Both the position numbers and the translations under genes were made by a program. A stretch of DNA of 63,995 bases, the filler included, from a bacterium (GTDB lineage: Bacteria > JBBIVP01), in NCBI GenBank assembly GCA_037439705.1. It is 7 parts of 7 records of this genome, joined end to end, with 100 filler letters (N's around TTAATTAATTAA, not from the genome) between each part and the next. Parts side by side here need not be neighbours in the genome. Positions count along the whole stretch, not along the records: positions 20,219 to 30,189 come from JBBIVP010000071.1; positions 30,290 to 40,239 come from JBBIVP010000072.1; 5 more parts are not named here. One strand, given 5' to 3'. The notes beneath the pieces were generated by a model. The model searched no databases, was not told the origin of the DNA, and saw only the letters and a list, made by a program, of their open reading frames with translations. This document shows positions 29,176 through 38,980 of the stretch, piece by piece (positions within the stretch are counted from its first letter, which is position 1; the number at the start of each line of letters is the position of its first letter).

Positions 29176-29974
29176 GGTCAGTTTTCTTCTAACAGGCGAG
29201 CACGGACTTTCAATCCTAATTGACAATGGAAATGAAAAGGTTCTATTTGATACAGGACAGGGAATGAGCATTATCAACAATTCTCAATTTCTCGGACTTG
29301 ACCTTTCCGAAATAAAGTGCATAGCATTGAGTCACGGACATTCAGACCACACAAGGGGATTGAAACCCGTCCTTGAAATTACAGGAAAAAGAGATATCTA
29401 TGCCCATCCAGGCGTATTTGGTAAAAAATACTTTATTGGTAAGAGAAAAGGAGTAGATGTGGAACTTTCAATCGGGATTCCGTATGAGAAAAAAGAAATA
29501 GAAGAAATGGGAAGACTGGTCTTAACAGATTCAAGCGTTAAACTTGCTGATGGTATATGGACAAGCGGTGAAATTCCTTTTGTTACAGAATTTGAAAGAG
29601 TTGACCCAACATTTTTCATTCAGGAGGGAGAAAAATTTCAACCCGACACCATGCCGGTAGACCTTGCCATATTATAAAAATCCGAGAAGGGATACAGTAA
29701 CCTACAGGTATGAGGACAAACAGGCGAATGCAACACAATTGAAGATATATAAAATAAATCACAAGAAAGAGAATTTTACGCACTGATAGGTGGAACACAT
29801 TTAGTAAGCGCTGATGAGAAGAAAATTGAAAAGACAATAAATCTCCTTAAGAGGTATAAATTTAAAAAAATAGTTCCCTGTCATTGCACAGGATTGAAGG
29901 CTAACTTTGAAATTTTTAAAAACTTCGGCGAAGTTTTCGTGCCGGGATGCGTAGGCACCGCATTAGAAATTTAA
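29141..29974 (+). pseudogene. MBL-fold metallohydrolase (MJ0448-like), three in-frame stops at 29675, 29711 and 29750
   Basis: EHGLS; LFDTGQ; LSHGHSDH. The frame resumes as LIGGTHL...PCHCTG to TAA 29972-29974. Confidence 0.85.
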
Positions 29975-30009
29975 TAGACTTATTCCGGTGAAAATTATAA
30001 AATAAGAAA

Positions 30010-30189
30010 ATGAAATTAAAAAGAATAGTTTTGAAGTATGTCTTTATTTTAATTTTTTCTTTTCTTCATTGTTCGGAGCCATCCAAAGAATTCATAAATT
30101 CAAAAGGTAGATGGCTGATTGATGAAAAGGAAAGGATTTTAATATTAAGAGGAATAAATTTTTCAGACAGGTCCAAAAGACCTCCCTTT
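30010..30189 (+). CDS. GH5 endoglycoceramidase-like lipoprotein, N-terminal fragment
   Basis: Lipobox FLHC; GRWLIDEKERILILRGIN typical of the GH5 EGCase N-terminus; truncated by contig end. Confidence 0.65.
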
Positions 30190-30289
30190 NNNNNNNNNNN
30201 NNNNNNNNNNNNNNNNNNNNNNNNNNNNNNNNNTTAATTAATTAANNNNNNNNNNNNNNNNNNNNNNNNNNNNNNNNNNNNNNNNNNNN
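30190..30289. other. Artificial contig-joining spacer
   Basis: N-TTAATTAATTAA-N, 100 nt. Confidence 0.98.
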
Positions 30290-30508
30290 CCAACAATAAT
30301 CCTTCATCCTCAAGTTTCCATTTATACAAATTTCACAATAAACTTTGAACCTGAAACAAAACTCATTTCAAGCACCTACAATTTAGCCTATGATAATCCA
30401 TGCAGGTGCTGGGGGATAAGATTTACCTATTACAGAGACTATCAGGGATACTCCCGCTTTCTCTTCTCCTTTTACTTAACAGGCATTGGCGAAATAAAAA
30501 GTTTGTAA
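30290..30508 (+). CDS. LPS-assembly protein LptD, C-terminal fragment (not in ORF track)
   Basis: Manual translation ...LAYDNPCRCWGIRFTY...FLFSFYLTGIGEIKSL* matches the LptD Y..xCxCW and F.L.G[LI]G ending. Confidence 0.7.
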   Translation, partial: PTIILHPQVSIYTNFTINFEPETKLISSTYNLAYDNPCRCWGIRFTYYRDYQGYSRFLFSFYLTGIGEIKSL

Positions 30509-30574
30509 ACGCACATCCCCCTCTCTCATCATCACCATTTCATTTTTTATTCGTTCTTTAATTTTACTCAACTC

Positions 30575-31921
30575 TTATATATCCAATCCGCTTGGAGATT
30601 TCTTTATCAAGCCAGTTTTCATAAAGAGAGAAACCTCCTTCCTTGCCCTCTTCATCATGGACTCTGCTCTCTCATAGAGTTCCTCTTTGCTCAATTTCAC
30701 CCTCGCAACTCCATCCTTTATTGCTTTCAACGCTACCCTTACCGCCTCTTCTACATAAGCCTTCCATTCCGACATTTTTGGAATTATGTAATTTTCGCTT
30801 ATTCCTTTTTTCTGAGCATATTCTGCAAGTGCATAAGCAGCCTCCACACACATATCATCAGTAATGGTTCTTCCCTTTACATCAAGAACACCTCTAAAGA
30901 TACCCGGAAATCCAAGTGAATTGTTAATCTGGTTTGGAAAATCTGACCTTCCAGTTGCCATTATTCTGGCACCTCCCTCTTTTGCTTCCCAGGGCCATAT
31001 TTCAGGAACCGGATTCGCACATGCAAAAACTATAGCATCTTTATTCATCTTTTTTATCCACTCTTTTTTCACTATATCTGGACCCGGTGTAGACATCGCT
31101 ATCAGCACATCCGCTCCTTCAAGGGCTTCTGGTAAACCTCCTACAACCTGCATTTCATTGGTTATCTGACACATCTCCCATTTTTCTTTGTATTTTTCCT
31201 TCAAATCCTCCCTTCCCTTGTGGAGTGTTCCCTTTGAATCAAGCATAATTGTTTTTGAAGGGTCAACACCACCTTTAAAGAGAAGTCGGGCTATTGCTAT
31301 GTTCGCCGCACCTGCACCGAGCATTGTCACCCTCACTTTATCTATTTTCTTTTTCACAATTTTTAAAGCATTTATAAGCCCTGCGAGGGTAACAGTTGCT
31401 GTTCCCTGCTGATCATCGTGCCAGACAGGAATTTCCATTTCTTTTCTTAATCTGTCCAGAATGTAAAAGCACTTTGGCTGTTCTATGTCTTCAAGGTTAA
31501 TTCCCCCAAATGATGGCTCCATATACTTCACAGCCCTTATTATCTCATCTGCATCTGTTGTGGCAAGACAAACTGGAAAAGCATCCACTCCTCCGAGATA
31601 TTTATAAAGGATTGCCTTTCCTTCCATAACAGGCATTGCCGCTTCCGGTCCTATATTTCCCAGCCCTAAAACCCTTGTGCCATCAGACACAACCGCTACT
31701 ATGTTGCCTCTGTTTGTAAGGTCAAAGGAGGCATCCTTAAATTTATGAATCTCCATGCACGCTGATGCTACCCCTGGTGTATACCATATAGAAAAATCAT
31801 CATAAGAACTTATCCTGCACTTCGGAACAATCTCTACTTTTCCAACATAGAACCTGTGCAGTTCCACCGATATTTTTTGAGGTCTTGTCGCCCTTTCAAG
31901 AAGTTTTTTTATGTCTTTCAT
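30575..31921 (-). CDS. NAD(P)-dependent malic enzyme
   Basis: [59 protein letters not shown]. Confidence 0.95.
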   Translation of the reverse strand: MKDIKKLLERATRPQKISVELHRFYVGKVEIVPKCRISSYDDFSIWYTPGVASACMEIHKFKDASFDLTNRGNIVAVVSDGTRVLGLGNIGPEAAMPVMEGKAILYKYLGGVDAFPVCLATTDADEIIRAVKYMEPSFGGINLEDIEQPKCFYILDRLRKEMEIPVWHDDQQGTATVTLAGLINALKIVKKKIDKVRVTMLGAGAANIAIARLLFKGGVDPSKTIMLDSKGTLHKGREDLKEKYKEKWEMCQITNEMQVVGGLPEALEGADVLIAMSTPGPDIVKKEWIKKMNKDAIVFACANPVPEIWPWEAKEGGARIMATGRSDFPNQINNSLGFPGIFRGVLDVKGRTITDDMCVEAAYALAEYAQKKGISENYIIPKMSEWKAYVEEAVRVALKAIKDGVARVKLSKEELYERAESMMKRARKEVSLFMKTGLIKKSPSGLDI

Positions 31922-32052
31922 ATCTCCCTCCTTTTAATCTCTGGATTATCATAATAAAAAGCGAGCGCTATAAAAATTTGGAAACGCGTGCCCATTGATA
32001 AAAAAATTATTCCAAAAAATTTTAAATTCAAGAAAAATAGAAATTTTTAACT

Positions 32053-32451
32053 TTAAAGCCTTATCCTTGCCCATTTCATGGAAAGGAAGGAACTGCTTAA
32101 ACTCACAGAAATCATATAAATTGCTCCTATGAAGGAAGCAGATGTTGCTGCAATACCTGCTCCCTTTGCTCCCATCTTTGGAAATCCTGCCTCTTCCGTT
32201 TTTTCCTCTCCAATCCTTCTCGCTACCACTGCCTGGGTACCCACTCCTATGGCATTAAAGAAACCCCCTATTACCCACAGGAAAATTATTCCAACACCTA
32301 CACCCGCAAGTGAACAAATTGCTTCTTCATTTGGCAATCTTACAAGAAATGCAGTATCAAGCAGATTTATAAGGGTCCGGGAAATGGTTGCAATAACAAC
32401 CGGAGTTGCAAGAGAGATTATATCTTTTGAAATTTCCTTTTTAATGAACAT
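32053..32451 (-). pseudogene. MATE efflux transporter with large in-frame internal deletions
   Basis: N-terminal ISLATP...LDTAF...GTQAVVARRIG fused directly to mid-protein GFPKMGAKGAGIA and then to the C-terminal KWARIRL; 132 aa versus ~450 aa expected. Confidence 0.75.
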
Positions 32452-32608
32452 CTTTAAACCTTAACACCTAAAATTCCTTTTTCAATAAACACTATAAATT
32501 CCAGGGACAATAAAAAGAATTTTTCTTGAAATATAAATTGATAATAATAAGATGAAAAACAAAAGAAAAGTTTTATTAAAAAGAAACTGAACATTTAGAG
32601 GCGAGAAC

Positions 32609-33466
32609 ATGGAAAAATTGATGGATGGAAAAGCATTGTCTCAGAAAATAAGGGAGAGCCTTAAGGAAGAAGTTTCAGAAATTAAAAAAGAACTCGGAAG
32701 ACCACCCGGTCTTGTGGTTTTCCTTGTCGGAAATAATGAAGCATCAAAGATATATGTAAGAAACAAAGCAAAGGCGTCTGAAGAAGTTGGTATAAACTCT
32801 ACAACAAAGCACCTCCCACAGGAAATATCCGAAGAGGAACTCTTAAAAATGATTGATGAGGCAAACAGAAATAAGAATGTGGATGGAATTCTCGTTCAAC
32901 TTCCCCTCCCGGAGCATATAAATGAGAACAGAATCATAGAGAGTATAGACCCATCAAAGGATGTAGATGGATTTCATCCCTATAATATGGGTCTCCTTCT
33001 TGAAGGAAGGGCAAGACTTATAGCATGCACTCCACTTGGAATAATGAAACTCCTTGAGCATTACAATGTGGAAATAAAAGGCAAAAACTGTGTTGTAGTA
33101 GGAAGAAGTAATATAGTTGGCAAACCAACTGCTATACTTTTGATGCACAATCACGGCACGGTTACTATATGCCATTCAAGAACAAAGGACCTTCCAGAAA
33201 AGGTTTCAGTGGCAGATATCCTTGTTGCTGCAATGGGAAAACCACACTACATAAAGGGAGAATGGATAAAAGAGGGAAGCGTGGTAATTGATGTGGGAAT
33301 CACGAGAACCCCCGAGGGTTTAAGAGGGGATGTGGAGTTTGAAAAGGCGAAGGATAGGGCATCGTTGATTACACCTGTTCCGGGAGGAGTTGGTCCTATG
33401 ACAATCGCTATGCTTCTTTCCAATACCATAACCGCTGCAAGGATGAGACTTGAGGAAAGAAAATAA
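32609..33466 (+). CDS. folD: Bifunctional methylene-THF dehydrogenase/cyclohydrolase
   Basis: YVRNK; GILVQLPLP; KDVDGFHP; GRSNIVGKP; TPVPGGVGPMT. Confidence 0.97.
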   Translation: MEKLMDGKALSQKIRESLKEEVSEIKKELGRPPGLVVFLVGNNEASKIYVRNKAKASEEVGINSTTKHLPQEISEEELLKMIDEANRNKNVDGILVQLPLPEHINENRIIESIDPSKDVDGFHPYNMGLLLEGRARLIACTPLGIMKLLEHYNVEIKGKNCVVVGRSNIVGKPTAILLMHNHGTVTICHSRTKDLPEKVSVADILVAAMGKPHYIKGEWIKEGSVVIDVGITRTPEGLRGDVEFEKAKDRASLITPVPGGVGPMTIAMLLSNTITAARMRLEERK

Positions 33467-33469
33467 TCA

Positions 33470-34552
33470 ATGGAAACAGGTCTAAAAAGGACCCGACTTT
33501 TTGAAAATCACCTGAAACTGAATGTAAAAATGGTGCCTTTCGCAGGATGGGAAATGCCACTTTTTTACAGGGGCATCCTTGAAGAGACATTAGCGGTGAG
33601 AGAAAAGGCTGGAATTTTTGATGTTTCTCATATGGGAGAAATTATGGTTGAGGGCGATTCAGCGGTTGATTTTCTTGAGAGAGTTTTATCAAATACAGTT
33701 CATACCCTTAAACCCTTCAAAGCAAGATACAGCTTTCTTCTTGATGAAAACGGAGGTTTTATAGATGACCTCATAGTTTACAGACTTTCTGAAAAAAAGT
33801 TTATTTTATGTGTAAATGCAATAAATACAGAGAAGGATTTCAACTGGCTGATTGACCACAGAAAAGGGGATGTAAAAATTGCAAATCTAACTTTACTTTA
33901 CAGTCTTATTTCTTTACAGGGAAAGGATGCTGAAAAGATAATTCAGATTATGTTCAACAAACCTGAAATTTTGGGACTGACCTTTTATTCATTCTTCATT
34001 TTAGAAGATAAGGAATTTCCAACAATAATATCAAGAACAGGCTATACTGGAGAGGATGGATTTGAAGTGTTTTATCCTCGTGAGAATCCTGAATCCATAT
34101 GGGAAAGGGCAATTGAACTCGGAGCAGTTCCCTGTGGACTTGGGGCGAGAGATACATTGAGAATTGAAGCCTGTTATCCGCTTTACGGACACGAAATTAC
34201 AGAAAAAAACACTCCTCTTGAAGCTGAACTCACAAGATTTGTTGATATGAAAAAGGATTTCATAGGCAAGGACGCACTTTTGAAAAGAAAACCATCTGAA
34301 AAACTTGTAGCCTTCAAACTCAAAACAAGAAATGTTCCAAGGGAGGAAAATCCCATTTTTTATGATAAAGAACTGGCAGGAAAAGTTACGAGTGGAACAT
34401 TTTCACCAGTTTTGAAGTGTGGAATAGGAATGGGGTATATAAAAAGAGAATTCAATGAAAAAGATATATTCTTGGAGGTGAGGGAAAAGAAGGTGGAAGG
34501 AGAAATTGTCAATCCACCATTTGTCCCATATAAAGTAAAGAGAGGAGGCTAA
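33470..34552 (+). CDS. gcvT: Glycine cleavage system aminomethyltransferase T
   Basis: FAGWEMP; FDVSHMG; SRTGYTGEDGFE; GLGARDTLRIEA; TSGTFSP. Confidence 0.97.
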   Translation: METGLKRTRLFENHLKLNVKMVPFAGWEMPLFYRGILEETLAVREKAGIFDVSHMGEIMVEGDSAVDFLERVLSNTVHTLKPFKARYSFLLDENGGFIDDLIVYRLSEKKFILCVNAINTEKDFNWLIDHRKGDVKIANLTLLYSLISLQGKDAEKIIQIMFNKPEILGLTFYSFFILEDKEFPTIISRTGYTGEDGFEVFYPRENPESIWERAIELGAVPCGLGARDTLRIEACYPLYGHEITEKNTPLEAELTRFVDMKKDFIGKDALLKRKPSEKLVAFKLKTRNVPREENPIFYDKELAGKVTSGTFSPVLKCGIGMGYIKREFNEKDIFLEVREKKVEGEIVNPPFVPYKVKRGG

Positions 34553-34554
34553 AA

Positions 34555-34944
34555 ATGAATGTGCCAAAGGAACTTTTTTACACAAAAGAACACGAATGGG
34601 CAAAAATTGAAGGCGAAATAGCAACAGTAGGAATAACTGACCATGCCCAGCATCAGCTGGGAGATATCGTTTATGTTGAACTCATTGAACCAGGTAAAGA
34701 GGTTAAGCAGATGGAAAAAATAGGGGTTGTGGAATCCGTCAAAGCAGTAAGTGAAATTTATTCACCACTTTCGGGAGAGGTTCTGGAAACTAATGAAACT
34801 TTAAAAGAACATCCTGAATATATAAATCAGGACCCGTACGGAAAGGGATGGATGATAAAATTGAAAATAAAGGATATTTCCGAGACAAATAATTTGATGA
34901 AGGCGGAGGAATACGGAAATTATGTGAAAGAGGAAAGCAAATGA
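34555..34944 (+). CDS. gcvH: Glycine cleavage system H protein
   Basis: EHEW; VGITDHAQ; VESVKAVSEIYSP lipoyl-Lys; DPYGKGW. Confidence 0.97.
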   Translation: MNVPKELFYTKEHEWAKIEGEIATVGITDHAQHQLGDIVYVELIEPGKEVKQMEKIGVVESVKAVSEIYSPLSGEVLETNETLKEHPEYINQDPYGKGWMIKLKIKDISETNNLMKAEEYGNYVKEESK

Positions 34945-36233
34945 ATCCATACATTCCACACTCAGAAAAAGATATAAAAGAGATGCTTGAGGAGATAGGA
35001 GTTTCGGAAATCTCTGAACTCTTCTCAGATATTCCTGAAAAATACCGCTATTCCAAAATAAACCTTCCCCAACCAATGGAAGAATATGAACTTTTCAGGT
35101 TTTTTGAAGAACTTTCAGAAAAAAATATCACATTAAAAAAGATGAAAGGTTTTCTGGGCGGCGGTATCTACTGGCATTATATCCCTGCTGTTGTGCGCCA
35201 TATCATTGGAAGGAGCGAATTCTATACCGCTTATACACCATATCAACATGAGGCAAGTCAGGGAACACTTCAGGCTATATTTGAATATCAAACCACAGTC
35301 TGTGAACTTTTCAGTATGGATGTGGCAAATGCCTCTATGTATGATGGCTCAACAGCCCTTGCAGAAGCATGTCTTATGACAATGAGAATTACAGGAAGGG
35401 ATAAAATTGTGATTTCAAGAGCCCTCCATCCGGAATACAGAGAAGTGGTGAAAACTTATGTGGGAGAAGAAAGGGTTTTTGAACTCCCTTTTGACCAAAA
35501 AACTGGAATGACAGAGTTCGTAAATGTAGATTTTCCAGCCTGCATTATCCTTCAGAATCCAAATTTCTTCGGGGTTATTGAAGACCTTGAAAAGATGAGA
35601 AAATTCTGTGATGAAACAGGCGGAAAAATGGTGGTATGTGTTACCGAACCCCTTTCGCTTGGAATTCTTGCTCCTCCAGGTGATTTTGGATGCGACATAG
35701 CAGTAGGAGAAGGACAATCCTTATGCCTCCCTCCCGCCTTTTCAGGTCCTCATCTGGGGCTTTTCGCCTGTAAAAAGGAATATGTAAGGCACATGCCGGG
35801 AAGACTTGTAGGAGAAACAACGGATTTAGATGGGAAGAAAGGGTATGTCCTCACACTCTCCACGAGAGAACAGCACATAAGGAGGGAAAAGGCAACATCC
35901 AATATATGCACAAATTCTGGACTCAACGCAATTGCCTTTGCAGTTGCTCTTTCATACCTTGGAGGCGATGGTCTTAAAAATCTTGCAATTTTAAATTTTT
36001 CAAAAGCACATTATTTTTATGACCTCTTGACTAAATCAAAGGTTGCAGAAGGTGTATTTACGGGTAGTTTTTTCAACGAATTTGTGGTCCGCTTCAAAAA
36101 AATTCCTGACAATTTTTCATCAGGAATAATGCTTGAAAGATGGTATGAAGAAATGAAAAACTGTGTTTTGTTTGCAGTGACAGAATTGAATACAAAAGAA
36201 GAGATGCAGGAATTACTGGAAGAAATTAAATGA
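34941..36233 (+). CDS. gcvPA: Glycine dehydrogenase subunit 1
   Basis: EFYTAYTPYQ.EASQG; NASMYDG; REQHIRREKATSNICTN. Confidence 0.96.
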   Translation: MNPYIPHSEKDIKEMLEEIGVSEISELFSDIPEKYRYSKINLPQPMEEYELFRFFEELSEKNITLKKMKGFLGGGIYWHYIPAVVRHIIGRSEFYTAYTPYQHEASQGTLQAIFEYQTTVCELFSMDVANASMYDGSTALAEACLMTMRITGRDKIVISRALHPEYREVVKTYVGEERVFELPFDQKTGMTEFVNVDFPACIILQNPNFFGVIEDLEKMRKFCDETGGKMVVCVTEPLSLGILAPPGDFGCDIAVGEGQSLCLPPAFSGPHLGLFACKKEYVRHMPGRLVGETTDLDGKKGYVLTLSTREQHIRREKATSNICTNSGLNAIAFAVALSYLGGDGLKNLAILNFSKAHYFYDLLTKSKVAEGVFTGSFFNEFVVRFKKIPDNFSSGIMLERWYEEMKNCVLFAVTELNTKEEMQELLEEIK

Positions 36234-37111
36234 AATCCTCTCCGGAATGTGTTTTATGTTTCATAAAAGACCTTTATGGAGCAATTGAATCCCTTCAGTT
36301 AGATGAAAGCCTTTCAAAAGAAATAATTGAAGAAGGATTGACTTTTCTTTCCCAGAATATAAACAGATGGGAACTCCCTTCTTTTTACATCACCCACCTT
36401 CACCGGATATTGAAAAGAAAAGCAAAAATTCCTTTTCCATTTGAAGAGATGAGAAAAAAGACAAACGAAATATGCCTTGAAATTCTAAAAGACATTGAGA
36501 ACGATATGAAACACCTTTCAGACGAAGAAAGGATGAAAAATTCAATAAAATGGGCTATTGCAGGGAACCATCTTGATTTTAGAACCGCAGGAAGGGGATA
36601 CAAAGATGTTAAAAATTTAAAGAAAGAACTTATGAATGAAGTAGAAGGAAAAATTCATGTTGACGATATTGAAAAATTTCTGCAAATTTCTTTTTCCCGT
36701 GTTCTTTACATACATGATAATGTAGGGGAAATAGTTCTGGACATTCCTTTTATAAAAGAACTCAGTAAGAAAGGAGCAAAGGTATTTTCCGCATTAAGGG
36801 GAGGACCGATAACCAGTGATGCCACGGTTGAGGACGGGTTGGCAGTTGGGCTTGCAAACTATGCTGAAATAGTTGAAGCCTGTCCGGATACCCTTGGAAT
36901 CTCATGGGAGGAGATGACCCCTTATATGAAAAAATTAATAAATGAGGTGGATCTCATTGTTTCAAAGGGTCAAGCAAATTACTATGTTCTTATTTCCCAT
37001 AAAAACTCAATTAAACCCCCCATATTTTTCCTGTTGAAGACAAAATGTTCCTATATATCAAAGAGTTTCGGTTTCTCTGAAAAAAGCATAAATGTAGCGA
37101 AACTCATTTAA
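36230..37111 (+). CDS. DUF89/ARMT1-like metal-dependent damage-control phosphatase
   Basis: ECVLC; AIAGN..D; DNVGE; PITSDAT; SKGQANY; LLKTKC. Confidence 0.88.
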   Translation: MKSSPECVLCFIKDLYGAIESLQLDESLSKEIIEEGLTFLSQNINRWELPSFYITHLHRILKRKAKIPFPFEEMRKKTNEICLEILKDIENDMKHLSDEERMKNSIKWAIAGNHLDFRTAGRGYKDVKNLKKELMNEVEGKIHVDDIEKFLQISFSRVLYIHDNVGEIVLDIPFIKELSKKGAKVFSALRGGPITSDATVEDGLAVGLANYAEIVEACPDTLGISWEEMTPYMKKLINEVDLIVSKGQANYYVLISHKNSIKPPIFFLLKTKCSYISKSFGFSEKSINVAKLI

Positions 37112-37203
37112 AACTCTCTGCCCTCCTCCCCTTCAAAGTGAACCGCATGTAGATTTACCTTACCTTCTTGAATAACTTTTAAAAAAGGTATATCTTATTA
37201 ACC

Positions 37204-37656
37204 ATGAAGGAAGAAGTATTAAAAAGGATTGAAGAAATATCAAGGGGTATAGCAGAGTGGAAAGGTGTAAAAGTAAAGGGGGTTTATTTTGTAAAGGAGA
37301 AATACGGAAATGTATTAAAAATTGTCATTGATAAAATTGGCGGTGTAACAGTGGAAGATTGTGCTGAATTTTCAAAAGAATTGAACCACATACTTGATGT
37401 GGAGGACATTATAGAAGGAAGATATTTTCTTGAAGTTTCCTCACCGGGTGTCAACAGGAAATTGATGAGCAAAGAAGATTTTATAGATTGCATTGGAAAA
37501 AAGATAAAGGTGAAATTAAAATCCCCCGTCAACGAAAAAAAACTTCTTGTAGGTAAGCTCAAACTTGTAGGTGATGAGAGCTTTCTCTTACAGAATAATT
37601 TTTCATCGTTTAATATAAACTTTGATAATGTTCAAGAAGCAGAAATAGAAGTATAA
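37204..37656 (+). CDS. rimP: Ribosome maturation factor RimP
   Basis: GVTVEDCA; YFLEVSSPG; upstream of nusA. Confidence 0.93.
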   Translation: MKEEVLKRIEEISRGIAEWKGVKVKGVYFVKEKYGNVLKIVIDKIGGVTVEDCAEFSKELNHILDVEDIIEGRYFLEVSSPGVNRKLMSKEDFIDCIGKKIKVKLKSPVNEKKLLVGKLKLVGDESFLLQNNFSSFNINFDNVQEAEIEV

Positions 37657-37691
37657 AATTAAAAACAAAAGAAAGGAGGTTTGTTAAAAAG

Positions 37692-38969
37692 ATGGGTTTT
37701 GAAATAAAAAGTATAATAGATCAGATAGAGAAAGAGAAGAAAATAAAGAGAAAGGACATCATAGATGTGTTAAAAGAGGCAATCCTTAAAGCAGTGGAAA
37801 GGTCCATCGGTGGAGAAAGGGACATTGAGGTTTATTATGATGATGACACAGGAAATCTTGAGATTATTGAAAAGAAGATCGTGGTCAGCAAAGTCCAGAA
37901 TCCCGACAAAGAGATCTCTGTAGAGGAGGCAAAAAAGTATATAGGAGATGTAAAAGAAGGAGATATCCTTGAAATGAGAGTGGACAAGAAAGGGTTTGGT
38001 AGAATAGGAGCTCATATAGCAAAAAATATAATTTTGGACAAACTTACAAAGGTGGAAGCGGACACAATATACAATGAATACAGCAAGAAACTATGGCAGA
38101 TAGTGGAAGGGAAAGTAAAGAAAATTGATAAAGATGGTAATATCATAGTTGACCTCTCAGGAGTAGAAGGATTGCTTAGAGCTGATGAAATAATTCCAAA
38201 AGAAAAATTCAGACCAAATGATGATATTAAAGCGGTGGTTATATCAGTAACAAAAGACGAAAAGAAATCCATTGTCAAAGTTCTTCTATCAAGGACGCAT
38301 CCTGAATTTGTAAGGAGACTTTTTGAACGCCATGTTTCTGAAATAGCGGATGGAAAGGTAGAAATTAAAGGAATTGCAAGGGAACCAGGGGTCAGAACCA
38401 AGATAGCAGTTCATTCCGCAGATCCGGATGTTGACCCTGTGGGTGCGTGTGTGGGAATGAAAGGAGGAAGGGTACAAAATATCGTTCAGGAGTTGAAAGG
38501 AGAAAAAATTGATATAATCCCATGGTCACCCGACCCACAAAAGTTTGTTGCGAGAGCACTCTCTCCTGCCCATATTTCCAGAGTAACTGTTTATGAAGAT
38601 GAAAAACTTATGGAAGTTGTTGTTCCTGACGACCAGCATTCACTTGCGATAGGAAAGAAAGGGCATAATGTCCGATTAGCGAAAAAATTGACTGGATGGG
38701 AAATAATACAGATAAGAAGCGAGTCGCAAATAGAAAACATGAAGAAAGAAGCATACGAAAAATTCGGAAAGCTACCCGGGGTTGGTCAAAAAACTGCAGA
38801 ATTCATATTTACAAGTGGATACAATAGTATCCTTGAAATAGCAAAAGCAAATGTGGAAGATCTTATAAAAATTCCCGGAATAACAAAAAAGGAAGCGGAA
38901 GCGATAATAAAAGCTGCAAAAGAAATGATTGAAGAGGAATCTAAAAAGTCAGGGGAAGGAAAAACTTAG
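37692..38969 (+). CDS. nusA: Transcription termination factor NusA
   Basis: FGRI; LSRT; AREPGVRTKIAV; GACVG; EKIDI; AIGKKGHNVRLA; C-terminal HhH. Confidence 0.97.
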   Translation: MGFEIKSIIDQIEKEKKIKRKDIIDVLKEAILKAVERSIGGERDIEVYYDDDTGNLEIIEKKIVVSKVQNPDKEISVEEAKKYIGDVKEGDILEMRVDKKGFGRIGAHIAKNIILDKLTKVEADTIYNEYSKKLWQIVEGKVKKIDKDGNIIVDLSGVEGLLRADEIIPKEKFRPNDDIKAVVISVTKDEKKSIVKVLLSRTHPEFVRRLFERHVSEIADGKVEIKGIAREPGVRTKIAVHSADPDVDPVGACVGMKGGRVQNIVQELKGEKIDIIPWSPDPQKFVARALSPAHISRVTVYEDEKLMEVVVPDDQHSLAIGKKGHNVRLAKKLTGWEIIQIRSESQIENMKKEAYEKFGKLPGVGQKTAEFIFTSGYNSILEIAKANVEDLIKIPGITKKEAEAIIKAAKEMIEEESKKSGEGKT

Positions 38970-38980
38970 GAGAGAATAAA

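Noticed and set aside
29711-29713. Selenocysteine at the TGA aligning to Cys of the GCxH motif
   Set aside because: It lies between two in-frame TAA stops in a scrambled patch, and I see no SECIS-like hairpin downstream.
29655-29770. Diversity-generating retroelement variable region
   Set aside because: No reverse transcriptase or template repeat in the window, the target is a metabolic enzyme core, and the changes create stops.
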